Below, one piece after another: positions 31,040 to 43,642 of a stretch of 43,812 nucleotides of DNA (within the stretch, counting starts at the first letter, position 1; every line of letters starts with the position of its first letter). A program made the translations under genes and the position numbers. Under the pieces are notes generated by a model. The model was not told where the DNA came from, did not search any database, and saw only the letters and a program-made list of their open reading frames with translations. The stretch comes from Macrostomum lignano (taxonomy: Eukaryota). The stretch is from the NCBI GenBank assembly GCA_002269645.1, contig NIVC01000878.1, positions 1-43,812 on the forward strand, given 5' to 3'.

Positions 31040-31330
31040 AGAATTAAAACCCATTTAAGAAATGAGACCAGACGGTGGGCCTTATGGCTTTGGTGGCATC
31101 TCGGTGGGGGCTGATGCGGCTTTGAGCAGCTCCTGCAGCCTCGATGTGACAGTGACAGATAGCAAATCGAGGCTTCAAATGGCTAGCACAGATCAAAGTC
31201 TCTCAGTCTGCTCGCTGATTCTGACTGACCGCGAGTTAATGCTTTGGGCTAAAGTAGGTTCATGCAGCTCTGCCAGGGCTCTGTTTTATCGATAGGCAAG
31301 CGGCTGCCTGCTGAAAGTCTCCCATGAACT
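31040..31330 (+). pseudogene. Orphan upstream-region fragment of a third WSC-PAN paralog, with no coding exon following
   Basis: Matches 11150-11335 and the reverse complement of 34690-34990 (GACAGA.AGCAAATCGA; CGATAGGCAAGCGGCTGCCTGCTGA); ends at the 16-bp satellite. Confidence 0.7.
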
Positions 31331-32913
31331 GCTACTCTAGCGAACGGCTGTTCCAGCGAACGGCTACTCCAGCGAACGGCTAACGGCTGTTCTAGCGAAC
31401 GGCTACTCTAGCGAACGGCCACTCTAGCGAACGGCCACTCTAGCAAACGGCCACTCTAGCGAACGGCCACTCTAGCGAACGGCTACTCCAGAAAACGGCT
31501 ACTCCAGCGAACGGCCACTCTAGCGAACGGCCACTCTAGCGAACGGCCACTCTAGCGAACGGCCACTCTAGCGAACGGCTACTCCAGTGAACGGCTACTC
31601 TAGCGAACGGCTACTCTAGCGAACGGCCACTCTAGCGAACGGCCACTCTAGCGAACGGCCACTCTAGCGAACGGCCACTCTAGCGAACGGCTACTCCAGT
31701 GAACGGCTACTCCAGCAAACGGCCACTCTAGCGAACGGCCACTCTAGCGAACGGCCACTCTAGCGAACGGCCACTCTAGCGAACGGCCACTCTAGCGAAC
31801 GGCCACTCTAGCGAACGGCCACTCTAGCGAACGGCTACTCCAGTGAACGGCCACTCTAGCGAACGGCCACTCTAGCGAACGGCCACTCTAGCGAACGGCC
31901 ACTCTAGCGAACGGCTACTCCAGTGAACGGCTACTCTAGCGAACGGCCACTCTAGCGAACGGCCACTCTAGCGAACGGCCACTCTAGCGAACGGCCACTC
32001 TAGCGAACGGCTACTCCAGTGAACGGCTACTCCAGCGAACGGCCACTCTAGCGAACGGCCACTCTAGCGAACGGCCACTCTAGCGAACGGCCACTCTAGC
32101 GAACGGCCACTCTAGCAAACGGCCACTCTAGCAAACGGCTACTCCAGTGAACGGCTACTCTAGCGAACGGCCACTCTAGCGAACGGCCACTCTAGCGAAC
32201 GGCCACTCTAGCGAACGGCTACTCCAGTGAACGGCTACTCTAGCGAACGGCCACTCTAGCGAACGGCCACTCTAGCGAACGGCCACTCTAGCGAACGGCT
32301 ACTCCAGTGAACGGCTACTCCAGCGAACGGCCACTCTAGCAAACGGCCACTCTAGCGAACGGCCACTCTAGCGAACGGCTACTCCAGTGAATGGCTACTC
32401 TAGCGAACGGCTACTCTAGCGAACGGCCACTCTAGCGAACGGCCACTCTAGCGAACGGCTACTCCAGTGAATGGCTACTCTAGCGAACGGCCACTCTAGC
32501 GAACGGCCACTCTAGCGAACGGCCACTCTAGCAAACGGCCACTCTAGCGAACGGCTACTCCAGTGAACGGCTACTCTAGCGAACGGCTACTCTAGCGAAC
32601 GGCCACTCTAGCGAACGGCCACTCTAGCGAACGGCCACTCTAGAGAACGGCCACTCTAGCGAACGGCTACTCCAGTGAACGGCTACTCCAGTGAACGGCC
32701 ACTCTAGCGAACGGCCACTCTAGCGAACGGCCACTCTAGCGAACGGCTACTCCAGTGAACGGCCACTCTAGCGAACGGCCACTCTAGCGAACGGCTACTC
32801 TAGCGAACGGCCACTCTAGCGAACGGCCACTCTAGCGAACGGCCACTCTAGCAAACGGCTGCTCTAGCGAACGGCTGCTCTAGAGAACGGCTACTCCAGC
32901 GAACGGCTGCTCC
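31331..32913. repeat. 16-bp satellite, ~99 copies
   Basis: Unit GAACGGCCACTCTAGC, with variant GAACGGCTACTCCAGT recurring every few monomers. Confidence 0.97.
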
Positions 32914-33759
32914 ACTACATGACTCACTGTCGAGTATTTCTGTTACCTTTATCGCCATGTTGCGTGTGGCACCCCAGTCTCAGCTTCTTTGTCCTCGCTG
33001 TCTCAATCGATTTACAGAATTTTGCTTCTAATAACTGTGTGAAGGTACCTATACTAATAGTTAGTAGCGCTTGCAAAGCTTGCAGGAGTAGAATTAGTTT
33101 AGTGATTGATGATTAGCGATTATGTTAAAATATCAACTCTCAGTGTCAGAAAAACACTGAGTACTTGTAAGTGTCGGGCTTCAAAAAAGAAATGTAAAAT
33201 CCTGTGTCCTTTGCAAAAAACTGAAGGTGTGCAGAATTCAGCGGCCAGCCGCTTGTATCCGAGTAGCAGGAAAGTTGAGTCTTCAAAAGATTACAAAGCT
33301 GCTGTTTGAGAGGGAACCAAAGGCAATAAATAACTATAACACGCCAATCAATTTCTCTGGTTTTGAATCCTGACAAAAAGTATCCGATTGCGCGCAAAAC
33401 TTCTCTTTTCTAATCAACAATTAACAGAACAAAAGCAGAAATCGAATGCCTAACACACAGAAGTGCATTCGCAAAGATTATAAAGGAAAGTACATTAAAA
33501 CATTTTGGTAAAAGTAAAAAAGGTTTAGCATTTTCGGATGAGAAGCAAAAATAGGTTCGCGTTCAATTTCGGCCAGTTGATTTCAGACGCAGACGTCTAC
33601 AGCTGTTAGTACTTTGAGTACTTTTAAGTACTTTAAAGTCTTTGAGTAGGCTTAGGTATGCTTGCTAGTTGACACTGTTTGTTTTGATTTGCCTCTAAAT
33701 TTCGGTTCTTACAGCTCGTCTGCTCTGCTCAACCGCACCAGCACCTGCTTCATTCGCAC

Positions 33760-34589
33760 TCAGCCACGGACAAAGAAGTCGCCGCTGCTTTCGCTGCTGA
33801 AGGCGGCCGGGACCGCAGCATACTCCAGCAGGTGGCACAGGCGCTGCTGCTGGCTGAAGATCACCGCCTGGCAACCGGAACCTTTACTGGAGCACAGATA
33901 CGCGCAATGGAGCTGACTTAAAGCGCTCACAGTCGTAAAGTTCGGCGCATCAGGGATGTTGAGTTCGACGAAGGTCCGGTTGCCGCTGACGAAGAAGTTG
34001 TTACCTTCGATTCGAAATGAATAATTTGACATGAAACAGTTCGCCACTTAATAATGTTTGAGTTACTGCTTCAAACTCAGTTCAAACTTAGTTTAGTGGC
34101 CCAAATCCAATGCAGCAACATATGGCGAACAGATGTTAAACAAGTGGCCACCAGCAGCAGCAACTCACCGTTGGTGTAGCTCAGCTGGAGCACCCGGTTT
34201 CGCCAGCTGCCTCCGCAGTTCTGGCCCCCGTTTCCACTGCAGGCATAGTTGCACTCCCAGTAAGGAGCAGCGCCCTGCGACCCGTAGGAGTTGCCGCAGA
34301 AGCACCAGTATGAGGCCTGCAGAGCCGCGAACTGGAAGCCGCCAAGAGCGCAGACGCTGCTGCACACCTCGCGAGTCATCTGGACGCAATTGATAGCATA
34401 GTCTATCTGTGATACCTCCGAGCTGCCGATCCGTGTGAGGCCAATGTTCTTCATGTCACCGACGTCTCTCACGCCATTCGCGCCGTCAACGAAGCAGCCG
34501 AGGTCCGAGGTCTGGAACTGGCGGCAGAGAGCGGCGCAGGTCAGGCAGCTCAGGATCGGAGCAGTACAGAGAATCCTGTAGAGAGGCAT
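33760..34589 (-). CDS. Secreted WSC-domain + PAN/Apple-domain protein, copy B (Maverick-free intron)
   Basis: Exon 1 is 34589-34169 (WSC, donor GTGAGT); short intron; PAN exon ends at TGA 33760. Highly similar to copy A. Confidence 0.82.
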
Positions 34590-34681
34590 GGCTAGGCTGG
34601 GTTTGTCAATGCGGCATTAAGCAGAATATTGCCGAATCTCTGTGCGAGAGAGAGGCTAAATAACAGCAGCCTTATTGATGC

Positions 34682-34695
34682 GTTGCCATGGAGAC
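34682..34695 (-). promoter_or_regulatory. RFX X-box-like motif upstream of copy B
   Basis: Plus strand GTTGCCATGGAGAC, identical to the copy A motif. Confidence 0.5.
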
Positions 34696-35076
34696 TCTCG
34701 ATCAGCAGGCAGCCGCTTGCCTATCGGTAAACAGGGCTGTCAGTGCGGCGTGAGCCGGATTGAAATCCATTAGCTCCATGCATTAACTCGCTGTGCCCTT
34801 AGCCAGAATCAGTGAGCTTGGAGACCGTTGAGAGTTTCGATTTGCTTTCTGTCGTTGTCGCATCGAGACTGCGGCAGCTGATCACAGCTGCATGAGCACC
34901 CATAGATATCTGTTTTCAGCTGCACAGGTGGCGACGAAGCCATTAGCCTACCGTGTGTCTGCGTCAATAAATGAATTTCAGTTTTAACCCACAGCCCTCC
35001 ATGACTAAAAAGATGAGGAGCAACTGGCCGCCGTAATGAATAAGACAGACTGAAGCCACCTCTTTAGGCCCATTAG

Positions 35077-35077
<1 letters not shown>

Positions 35078-35146
<69 letters not shown>

Positions 35147-35180
35147 GTCTATTTATTTATCTATCTATCTATCTATCTAT
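35078..35180. repeat. (CTAT)n microsatellite
   Basis: Direct reading. Confidence 0.95.
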
Positions 35181-36099
35181 CAGTGTATCATTAGCAGAAT
35201 TCACTTGCGTGAAGACAATTATCGTTGGTGATATTTCTCAACAGCCGCTATTGCTTGGCATCAGTGACTCAGGGCATCTTCAAGACTTGGATTTGGCCGA
35301 TCTGCTCATTTACCGCAATGCTTCCATGCCTGTCTCCATTTCATTATAGATAGATCTGATTCAGTATCAAATAGTCAAGGATCAGATCGTTCATGGGGCA
35401 TGCAGACATTTGCCTTCCAGGGGATATCGCTTACGTACACTCCATCCCGCTCTGTCTCTTCCTCCTGCCTCCCAATAATGAACATGTCAATGATAAGACA
35501 TTATCTCTTCTCTGAAAGCATTGCCAATGGTTTCATTCTTCTTTAATTTTCAGCTTTGAGCACGGGTTCGGTTTTAACTGCGACTCACTAACCAAAGACA
35601 CTAAAGCGCTGACAGAGCGACGCTGTCAAAATTTAATGCCCAACAGCTCGCGGCAATCCAGCCTGTTGAGGTGTGCAGCCAAGTGCAGCCTTTTGAGTGC
35701 CAGCCTAAGCTCAGATGCAGCTCTCGTTTTGCACAAATTTCTAATGGGTTTGGCTGTGAATAATTCAATACGATGCAGTGAGTCAGATTAAGCTGAGAGT
35801 CCCTTACTAACCGGAACGCAGCAGGGCCATTACAGCTTGGTTGGGCACGGGTAGAAGCCATTAGCTGCATCAAAAATGGCATATTTCATTTTAATATAAT
35901 TCATTCGCAGTGAGCCGAACTGTTTACTGCGAGTCACTCGGTTTTAGGCCGTCAGCTAACAGCCATATTTTTATCTATCAATCACTCATTTAACTGATCG
36001 ATGAAGAGATGAACAGCCAGGGCTTTATTTAAATTTCTTCGTCCTCCATTTGTCTAACAGACAATTGCTGGCCTTGGAGCTGCCTTTCCGTTTGTATTC

Positions 36100-36620
36100 C
36101 TCACCCCCTACGGCGGCGATCCTGACCAACTTTAGCGTCCAGGCTTGGGAGAAGATTTTAGAAGACGATTTTGGACAGAAATGTTACTCTTGGTGAGATC
36201 AGGCAATGATTCCACATTACCAGCAGCACTGAGCACATATTATCTGAGTTATAAAGAGCCACCAATCAGCTGTGCAGTTTCAGCGGCAGATTGCATTGTC
36301 TTCACACACGTGTGTACGGGATGAACTTAATGTAGTTTGTCTTGACATCCTCTATCTATTGATCGGGTGTAGCATTGGGGCCTTATCGACAAATTACCAT
36401 CTTATGGGATAGAATTGGCCACCTTATTTCTTGATTTTCTTACTATTTACCAAACAGGAAATTATGTGTTTCAATTTGATAAAATTGTTCCCAAATTGAG
36501 ATATTAATGCCGGTGTTTCTTAGGAATCTGTCTTAGGTCCTCAAATTCTTACTTTTAATAAATCACCTTCTTGAAGCTCAGAAAGTCTTCAGATGATACC
36601 ACTCTACATGCCTCTTTTAA
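36100..36620 (+). mobile_element. Heavily degraded non-LTR retrotransposon (CR1/L2-like) reverse-transcriptase remnant
   Basis: Broken frames read LDI...DRV.H.GLI.KL.SYGI, INAGVS*ESVLGP (cf. GVPQGSVLGP) and DDTTL (cf. FADDTTL); many stops and indels. Confidence 0.7.
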
Positions 36621-38919
36621 ATTTTGCCACCCACCTAATTAGGCCTTACAAATTTGTAGAACTGATGTTGCATCTTATTTGAGCACAGACCTTCAAAAGA
36701 TTTCTCAAACGGGGTTCTGACTTGAATGTCAAGTTTGATTCTAATAAATTTGAGTAAATAATCATTAGCAGCAGGAAGGATTTCTGTGATTTTCCACCTG
36801 CTTTTTGAAAACTCAGTCTTCAATATTTCTAATAAAGTCACACTTCTTGGTTGACAATAATTAACAATAATAGACTTACATTGTATGAGTACCTTTTAAC
36901 CCAAAGAAGAAAAGCAGCTTCTATACTCGGTTGGACTACTAGAGCTAAACATCCTATTCCTTAAACTCATTTGGCTACCCTACGAGTATAAAGGTAAAAT
37001 TAGACCACTTTTTGTCACCCGGGTCGGTTTGATCTGCTAGCGAGTCCCCATCTTACTTTATTGGACCGTGTCGAGCTGAAGGCTGCCAAGATCATTGGTG
37101 ACTCCTTCGAGGTTCTATATAGCCTTAGGGCTCGCTGAACTGTTGGTGGATTTGCTTTTGTTCATTGACTTCTGCGGGGTCGAGGCTCCAGCGAACTTCA
37201 GCAGCACCTGCCCCCTTTTGCTCCACAGTCACACTTTGGTCTCCGCTGTAGCAGCAAACAGCACGGCTTCTCCCTTCAGATTCCTTTGTCTAGAACTGGC
37301 AATGGAAGCGGTGCTTCATTCCCACTTACTGTAAATTATGGAATGCTCTAACCTGCATCATTAGCTATCCTGGCATCCAGCCATCCATTTTCAAGAGCCA
37401 GGTGTCTCAAAGACCATCTTGATCAGTTTTTAGTCTACTCTTTTGTCTTGTTCTTCTTCCATTCTCCGTTTGTCTTCTTTCACTTCCGCCTTTCCTTTCC
37501 GCCTTCTCTTTTCGTAGCCATGGGGCATTGTCATTGCAGCTAGCATAAAGTTTGCCAAGTGACATCGATAAGGTGATCAAGAAAAGTTTGTACACTATCT
37601 ATTTATTGACCGCAATAGATACTATAAGATGGAGCATTCTAAAGCTACTACTGAGTAGTATTAAGTTGCTATGAAGCTGTTGGTTTCAATCCTAGCGATA
37701 GGATAGGATTGAGTTTTAGTGATATTCCACAGGGCAACCGGCATAAAGGCGGCACCTTTTTTGGGGCAATCGCCACTCTGGACAAAGAAATCCCCTGAGC
37801 GTTGCCGTTTTCTGGAGCCCCAGGTAAGTGAGCGACGCAGTTTTAGTCTGCGTTTGCCGCGTCTGCGTCCTGTGGTGTCGTTGTCTAACCCACCCCCGCG
37901 GAGGCGCAGGACACGATGGAGGCTGTCTGGCTCGGCGGGCGGCGTGTCTCCGGAAGGTCTGTGCTGGTGCGGACCATTTGTCGTTCCCAGGTCAAGGCCT
38001 GGGTCCACGGGCAGCGGCCTGAGCAACGGGAGGAGCCATTGTCCCACTGAAGTAGCTGGTGACGCCCCACTGAGGTCGAAGGGCGGTTGCTTAGTTCCGT
38101 CATAGCCGCGCTGATTGCTTTTCCCACGGACGGCGTGGAAGGCAGGAATGACCAGGTGGGGCTGGGGAGAAGGGTGCGGCACCCTCAGCCTGAGCTGGCC
38201 TCGTTGATGTGCAGGTAGCTTTGGGACTGACCCCTCATAATCCAGGTAGCTTAGGAGGGACTGACCCCCCATTATCCAGGTAGCTTAGGGTGACTGACCC
38301 CTCATTATTCAGGCAGCTTAGGGTGACTGGCCCTTCATTATCCAGGTAGCTTAGGTGGACTGACCCCTCATTATCCAGGTGATTTGTAGGGGGACGGACC
38401 CCATCATTGTCCTGGCTACTCGGGGTGTTAAAAGGGGTGCGAGGGCCGCTAGTCACTGCACATGTCACAACCAGTCTCTACCAAAACCCTCAGAGCTCAG
38501 GTAGCCACGGATATCCGCCTGTGGCTCATGGACTACTTATCGGATGAGCTGCTGCCCCAGCTGCGCCACCTCATCAACACCCTGGTCAGCCGGGCGGAGT
38601 CGGAGACCGGCGTGCTCATGCCGGGCTACACCCACCTGCAGCGGACCCAGCCGGTGCGCTGGTCCCATTGGCTGCTCAGCTACGCCTCCATGCTGCGCAG
38701 GGACTGCCAGAGACTGGCCGACTGCCGGGCCCGCACCGCCATGTGCCCGCTGGGCAGCGGCGCCCTGGCCGGCAACCCCTTCGAGGTGGACAGGCAGGCG
38801 TTGGCCGGTAGGGCGAGGGAATCGGAGCTGTGGAATCGGGGTTTGGGGAATTCGGGTGTGGGGAATTAAGGCGTGCGGAATTGGGAATAGGAAGTATTGT
38901 CTTTCATTCTTAGATTCGC

Positions 38920-39570
38920 GAACAGGTATTTTTTAGAATCGTTACCAGGCATTCTTAAATCGTAAACAGATATTCAAGCAATCGTGAGCGGGTATTCGTA
39001 AAATCGTGAACAGGTATTCTTAGAATCGTGAACAGGCATTCCTGGAATCGTGAGCAGATATTCCTGAAATCGTGAACCGGTATTCTAAGAATCGAGAACA
39101 GGTGTTCTCAGAATCGTCAACAGGTATTCTCAGCATCGTTAACAGGTATTCTCAGAATCGTGAACAGGTATTCAAAGAATCGAGAACAGGTATTCTCAGA
39201 ATCGTGAACAGGTATTCTAAGAATCGAGAACAGGTATTCTTAGAATCGTGAGCAGGTATTCTCAGAATCGTCAACAGGTATTCTCAAAATCGTCAACAGG
39301 TATTCTTAGAATCGTGAACAGTTATTCTTAGAATCGTGAACAGGTATTCTTAGAATCGTGAACAGGTATTCTCAGAATCGTCAACAGGTATTCTTAGAAT
39401 GGTCTACAGGTATTCTTAGAATCGTTAACAGGTATTCTCAGAATGGTCTACAGGTATTCTTAGAATCGTCAACAGGTATTCTTAGAATCGTGAGCAGGTA
39501 TTCTTAGAATCGTGAGCAGGTATTCTCAGAATCGTCAACAGGTATTCTTAGAATCCTTAACAGGTATTAA
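38920..39570. repeat. Expanded 22-bp minisatellite, ~29 copies
   Basis: Unit AACAGGTATTCT(T/C)AGAATCGTG, same family as 4960-5097. Confidence 0.92.
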
Positions 39571-39777
39571 CCAGCCCCATCAAAAATCCCAGACGCCCTC
39601 GGCTTCACCTCTGGGGTCACCTGGAACAGTCTGGACGCCGTGGCGGACCGCGACTTCGCCTCGGAGTTCCAGTTCGCGGCCGCCATGATTGGCAACCACC
39701 TGAGCCGCCTCGCCGAGGACCTGATCCTCTTCTGCAGCAAGGAGTTCGGCTTCGTCACGCTGTCGGACGCGTACAGC

Positions 39778-39809
<32 letters not shown>

Positions 39810-40181
39810 CGCGGACAGTCTGGAGCTCATCCGCGGCAAAACCGGACGGCTGTGCGGCCACCTGGTGTCCCTGCTCATGGTGCAGAAGTCCTTGCCCAGC
39901 GCCTTCAACAAGGACCTGCAGGAGGACAAGGAGGGCTTGTTCGACTCAGCTGACACCGTGTCAGCCGTGGTTCGAATCGCCGACGGTGCACCCGGAGGCC
40001 TGCGCCGGCGCCCTCAGCTGCGACATGCTGGCCACCGACCTGGCCTACTATTTGGTGCGCCGCGGGGTGCCGTTCAGGGAGGCCCACGCCGCCTCCGGGC
40101 GTTGCGTGGCGCTGGCCGAAGCCAAGGCGTGTCAGCTGCACCAGCTGACCTTTGAGGACTTCCGGACTGTCAGGTGAGCAG

Positions 40182-40252
40182 CTGACTGACTGACTGACTG
40201 ACTGACTGACTGACTGACTGACTGACTGACTGACTGACTGACTGACTGACTG
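40182..40252. repeat. (CTGA)n microsatellite, part left of the BEL insertion
   Basis: Direct reading. Confidence 0.95.
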
Positions 40253-43250
40253 CTGCACGGTCTTCAGGTGGGATTCTATCGAGCACAGCTCTCGAGTTCG
40301 AGACCCACTTGCGCGCGTGCATGCCGGCGCGCCTCCAGAGCTCACTGAGTTGATCGTACAGCCTGCAGGCGGCTGCCTCGGTGGGCGCAGAGTCCAGGCT
40401 GTCATCCATATAGGTAGAGTGGAGTACTGTCTCGGCCGCCTCTGGAAGCTCACCTTTTAACTTTTCAGCATGGCAGCGGGTAACGAACTGTGCCAAGAAA
40501 GGAGAGCTGGTGACGCCGAACACCACTCTGTTGAACTCGTAGACATCCGGTTGCTTTGAAGGATCGGCGTCCCGCCAAAGGAAACTGTGCAGCGGCCTGT
40601 CCTTCGGGTCCATTTCGATCTGGAGATACATTTCCGCTACGTCGCATGCGATCGCAATCGGGTGTCGGCGGAACCGAAGCAGCACGTCAACCAAATCCCT
40701 CTGCAGTTTGGGGCCCTGGAGGATCTGGTCGTTCAATCTGGCAGCCGATGCATCAAAGACTATCCGCACTTTTGTTGTAGTCTTGTCTGGCCGCAGCACT
40801 GGGAAGTGCGGCAGGAAACAGCGGCCTTCAGTCTCAGCTTGCGACACTTTTCGGATATAACCTTGCTGTTCATACTTTTCAAGGATCTCCTGATACTGCT
40901 TGCAGACGTTCATTTCCTTAATCAGCCGCTGTTCGGTGTTCTTTAGTCGCTTCAAGGCCATTGAGAAAGTGCCTGCTGGAGCCAGCCGATCCTTTTTCCA
41001 TGGAATCCCGATCTGGTAACGGCCCTTCGTGTACTTTAGCGACGACTTGGCTTGCTGGACGGCTCTCTCCTCATCGGCCTTCAGCGGACTTCGATTGGCA
41101 CCTTCTGAGACGTTCTCGATCTCCCAAAACTGCCGCAGGATCTTAGCCACCTGACCAGATTCGGAATCGCAGCTGAAGAAAGTGGCAGCAAAATGGGCGT
41201 TCTGCATCTCAGAATTGTCCTGCTCTGTGCGACCGATGCACGTCCAACCCAGGGGAGTCAGGCGCGCCTTTGGCTCCAGCGGCTGTCCGGCGATTTCCTT
41301 GAGGGACACGTGAAGATCCGGGTGATCAGCACCAATCAGCAAGTCCACTACTGCAGGCTCACACAGCTTCGGAAACGGCACATTTCTCAGATGAGGCCAC
41401 TGCTGCGCTTCTTCGTGCCAGTCGACGCCTTTGAGGGACCCGGTCACGTGATCAGCGGTGAAGGCGACGATCATTGAGCTGGTCTGACCATCCAGACTTT
41501 CCAAGCTAAAGCAGACTGGGGCTGTCATGAAGGTCTCTGTTTGGCCATTGATGACTCCGACTTTCACCTTTTCGAGCACTCCATGCGCTCCAAGCGCTTC
41601 TGCTATCCCGATGTTGATGTAGCTCCTGGTACTGGCATCGTCGAGCAAGGCATTCACCTTCAGCTTCCGGGACCCGTTCCGTAGGACTACAGGTACCGTT
41701 CGTAGCGAGATTGCCGTTTCACCAGCCGACAGAAGCGTCACCGGTCCAGTCTTTCCTGAACTGGAAGCGGATTTAGCGTCCTTGGATGCAGTCTGCTTCG
41801 CTTCACCAGACTTGGCCAACACTTTTTCTGCATGAAGCAGGCGATGATGGAACTTTGTGCAGCTGTTGATGCCGCACCGACGACCGCGCCGACATTGGCT
41901 GCCAAGATGTCCTTGGCCCAAGCACCGGAAACAACACTTCGAGCTCTGCGCCGCGTCCCAGCGTTTTTCCACCGGAAGCTCCTTGAACTCACTGCAGGAC
42001 CACAGCTCGTGATCACCTTGACAAACAATGCAAATCTTTCGCTGTACCTTCTTGTCACTGTCCGTAGTAACGAAAGTCTTTGGTCGCTGCTCTCGCTTTT
42101 GACGCTCCTGCTGCATGGTGGCAACGCCCTGCACAATCTCTGACGCTTCAGTCTGAAACTCTGCTTCTTGCAGCACCCAAATTCTCAGATTTCTAACAGT
42201 CTCCGGCTTCCGCTGCTCAAAGATCCACCTCCGGTAGCTGGCAACCATCTGCTCAGGCAACTTTTTCTGCAGCCTCACATACAACATCCCATCTTGAAGC
42301 TCTGCCTCTTTACCCGCATCCTCAAGGTTAACGACAGCCACATCCAGTAGATTAGCAAAGCTTTTCAGATCCTTGGCGTTTCCATTTCGCACGATCGGAA
42401 AGCTGTCCAGCTCTTCCAAGTGCAGAGCAAGTTGCCTACGCTGTCCACCAAATTCTCTCTCTAATCTCTCTTTTGCAGCTTCATATGCAGCAGCGGAGTG
42501 TCCTAGATGTTCTATAACCTTCAAAGCTTCACCGCTGAGGTACTGCCTAAGCTGCAGCAACTTGAATTCTGGTGTTGCAGGGGCTGTCGATGCACGCAAC
42601 AAAGGCTGCCTTCCAGTTTTCATACTTCTGCTTTTCTCCACTAAACGTTGGGATTTCAACACGCTTCAGCATCTTCCACAAATCCTTTGAAAGCTCCTTC
42701 GGGTTGGATCCTTTGCTGGACGCAGCACTGCCAGAAAGTTTGTCTAACTCACCAGCTGCTTCTTCTTGGTCACCCGCAGCGTTCTCACCGCTTGAACTCG
42801 CGCAGGAGGGGCTTCTTGGGCGCGCTGCAATCCCCGGTTTCTGGAACTTTCGACGCGCTGAATGGCAGCTTGGTAGTCGCGCTCAGTCTCCTCCATCTCT
42901 TCTAGTAGGCGTTGTCGCCTCTCGTTGTCCTTGGCGTCGGCGTAGCCTTGATGCAGTTCTTCCTGGATGGCGCTGACCAGGTCCTGCAGGTCGGATAGAG
43001 CATCGCAGGTAGCTTGCACTTCCTCATCAGAGGCGCCCGTCTTTAGCAGCCAAGACAGTTTGTTTTTGCAACGAGTGAACGCTGCTTTTTTCGGGATTTC
43101 TCGAAGCGCAGCTTCTCTAAACGCAGCGCGCCGGCATCGTCTTGGGCTTCCTGTTGTTGTTCATTGGCGTCGTCACTGTCCATCTTGGTCCTTCGTTTCA
43201 CAGTAGGATTCTATTGCTTGCCACGTCAGTGGTAAGTTAGGCTTGTCCAA

Positions 43251-43266
43251 CCACGCTCTGCTACCA
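43251..43266 (-). promoter_or_regulatory. Primer-binding site complementary to the initiator tRNA-Met 3' end
   Basis: TGGTAGCAGAGCGTGG three bases after the LTR; initiator tRNA-Met ends ...CTCTGCTACCA. Confidence 0.85.
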
Positions 43267-43269
43267 AAA

Positions 43270-43557
43270 TGTACTGTAGAAATGAAAAGACCGATGGTCC
43301 GCCAAACTATTTTGGAGCTGAGGCTCAAGCGAGACGCTAACAAAACGAAAAGCGTAAACCGTACACAGGGCTAATAAGCCCTCTCGATGATATATATATT
43401 GCAGTCAGTCAGAATCAGCCAGCGTGGAGGGGGGTGGGTGAGATGGGCCTGGGCTAAATCAGCGTACATAGAAAATTGAATAATAAACACGTACGTACAT
43501 TAAAACACGCAGTGGAATTGGAAAGAAAATCAATGCTACTAATCTACCTCCCAAACA
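43270..43557 (-). repeat. 5' LTR of the BEL/Pao element (288 bp)
   Basis: Minus strand begins TGTTTGG and ends CAGTACA (TG...CA); internal TATATAT run; immediately followed by the PBS. Confidence 0.85.
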
Positions 43558-43642
43558 GACTGACTGACTGACTGACTGACTGACTGACTGACTGACTGAC
43601 TGACTGACTGACTGACTGACTGACTGACTGACTGACTGACTG
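43558..43642. repeat. (CTGA)n microsatellite, part right of the BEL insertion
   Basis: Direct reading; followed by the ASL acceptor GTCCCGCAG. Confidence 0.95.

Larger units (their letters stand above)
40253..43557 (-). mobile_element. BEL/Pao LTR retrotransposon, 5' half only
   Basis: 5' LTR, PBS, gag (LWKMLKRVEIPTFSGE; LSGEAL...YEAAKERL; three Cys/His knuckles), protease ALLDDAS, RT (DKTTTKVRIVFDAS, DVAEMYLQI, FGVTSSPFLA, YMDD). No RNase H, integrase or 3' LTR. Gag starts at ATG 43183 and has ~3 frameshifts. Confidence 0.95.

Noticed and set aside
37095-38140. Several short ORFs upstream of the ASL pseudogene breakpoint
   Set aside because: No recognisable domain; possibly retroelement debris, but I cannot support a call.
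42600-43183. Programmed frameshifting in BEL gag
   Set aside because: About three separate shifts fall inside gag, one in an A-run. BEL/Pao elements normally have a single ORF, so decay or consensus error near the window end is more likely.
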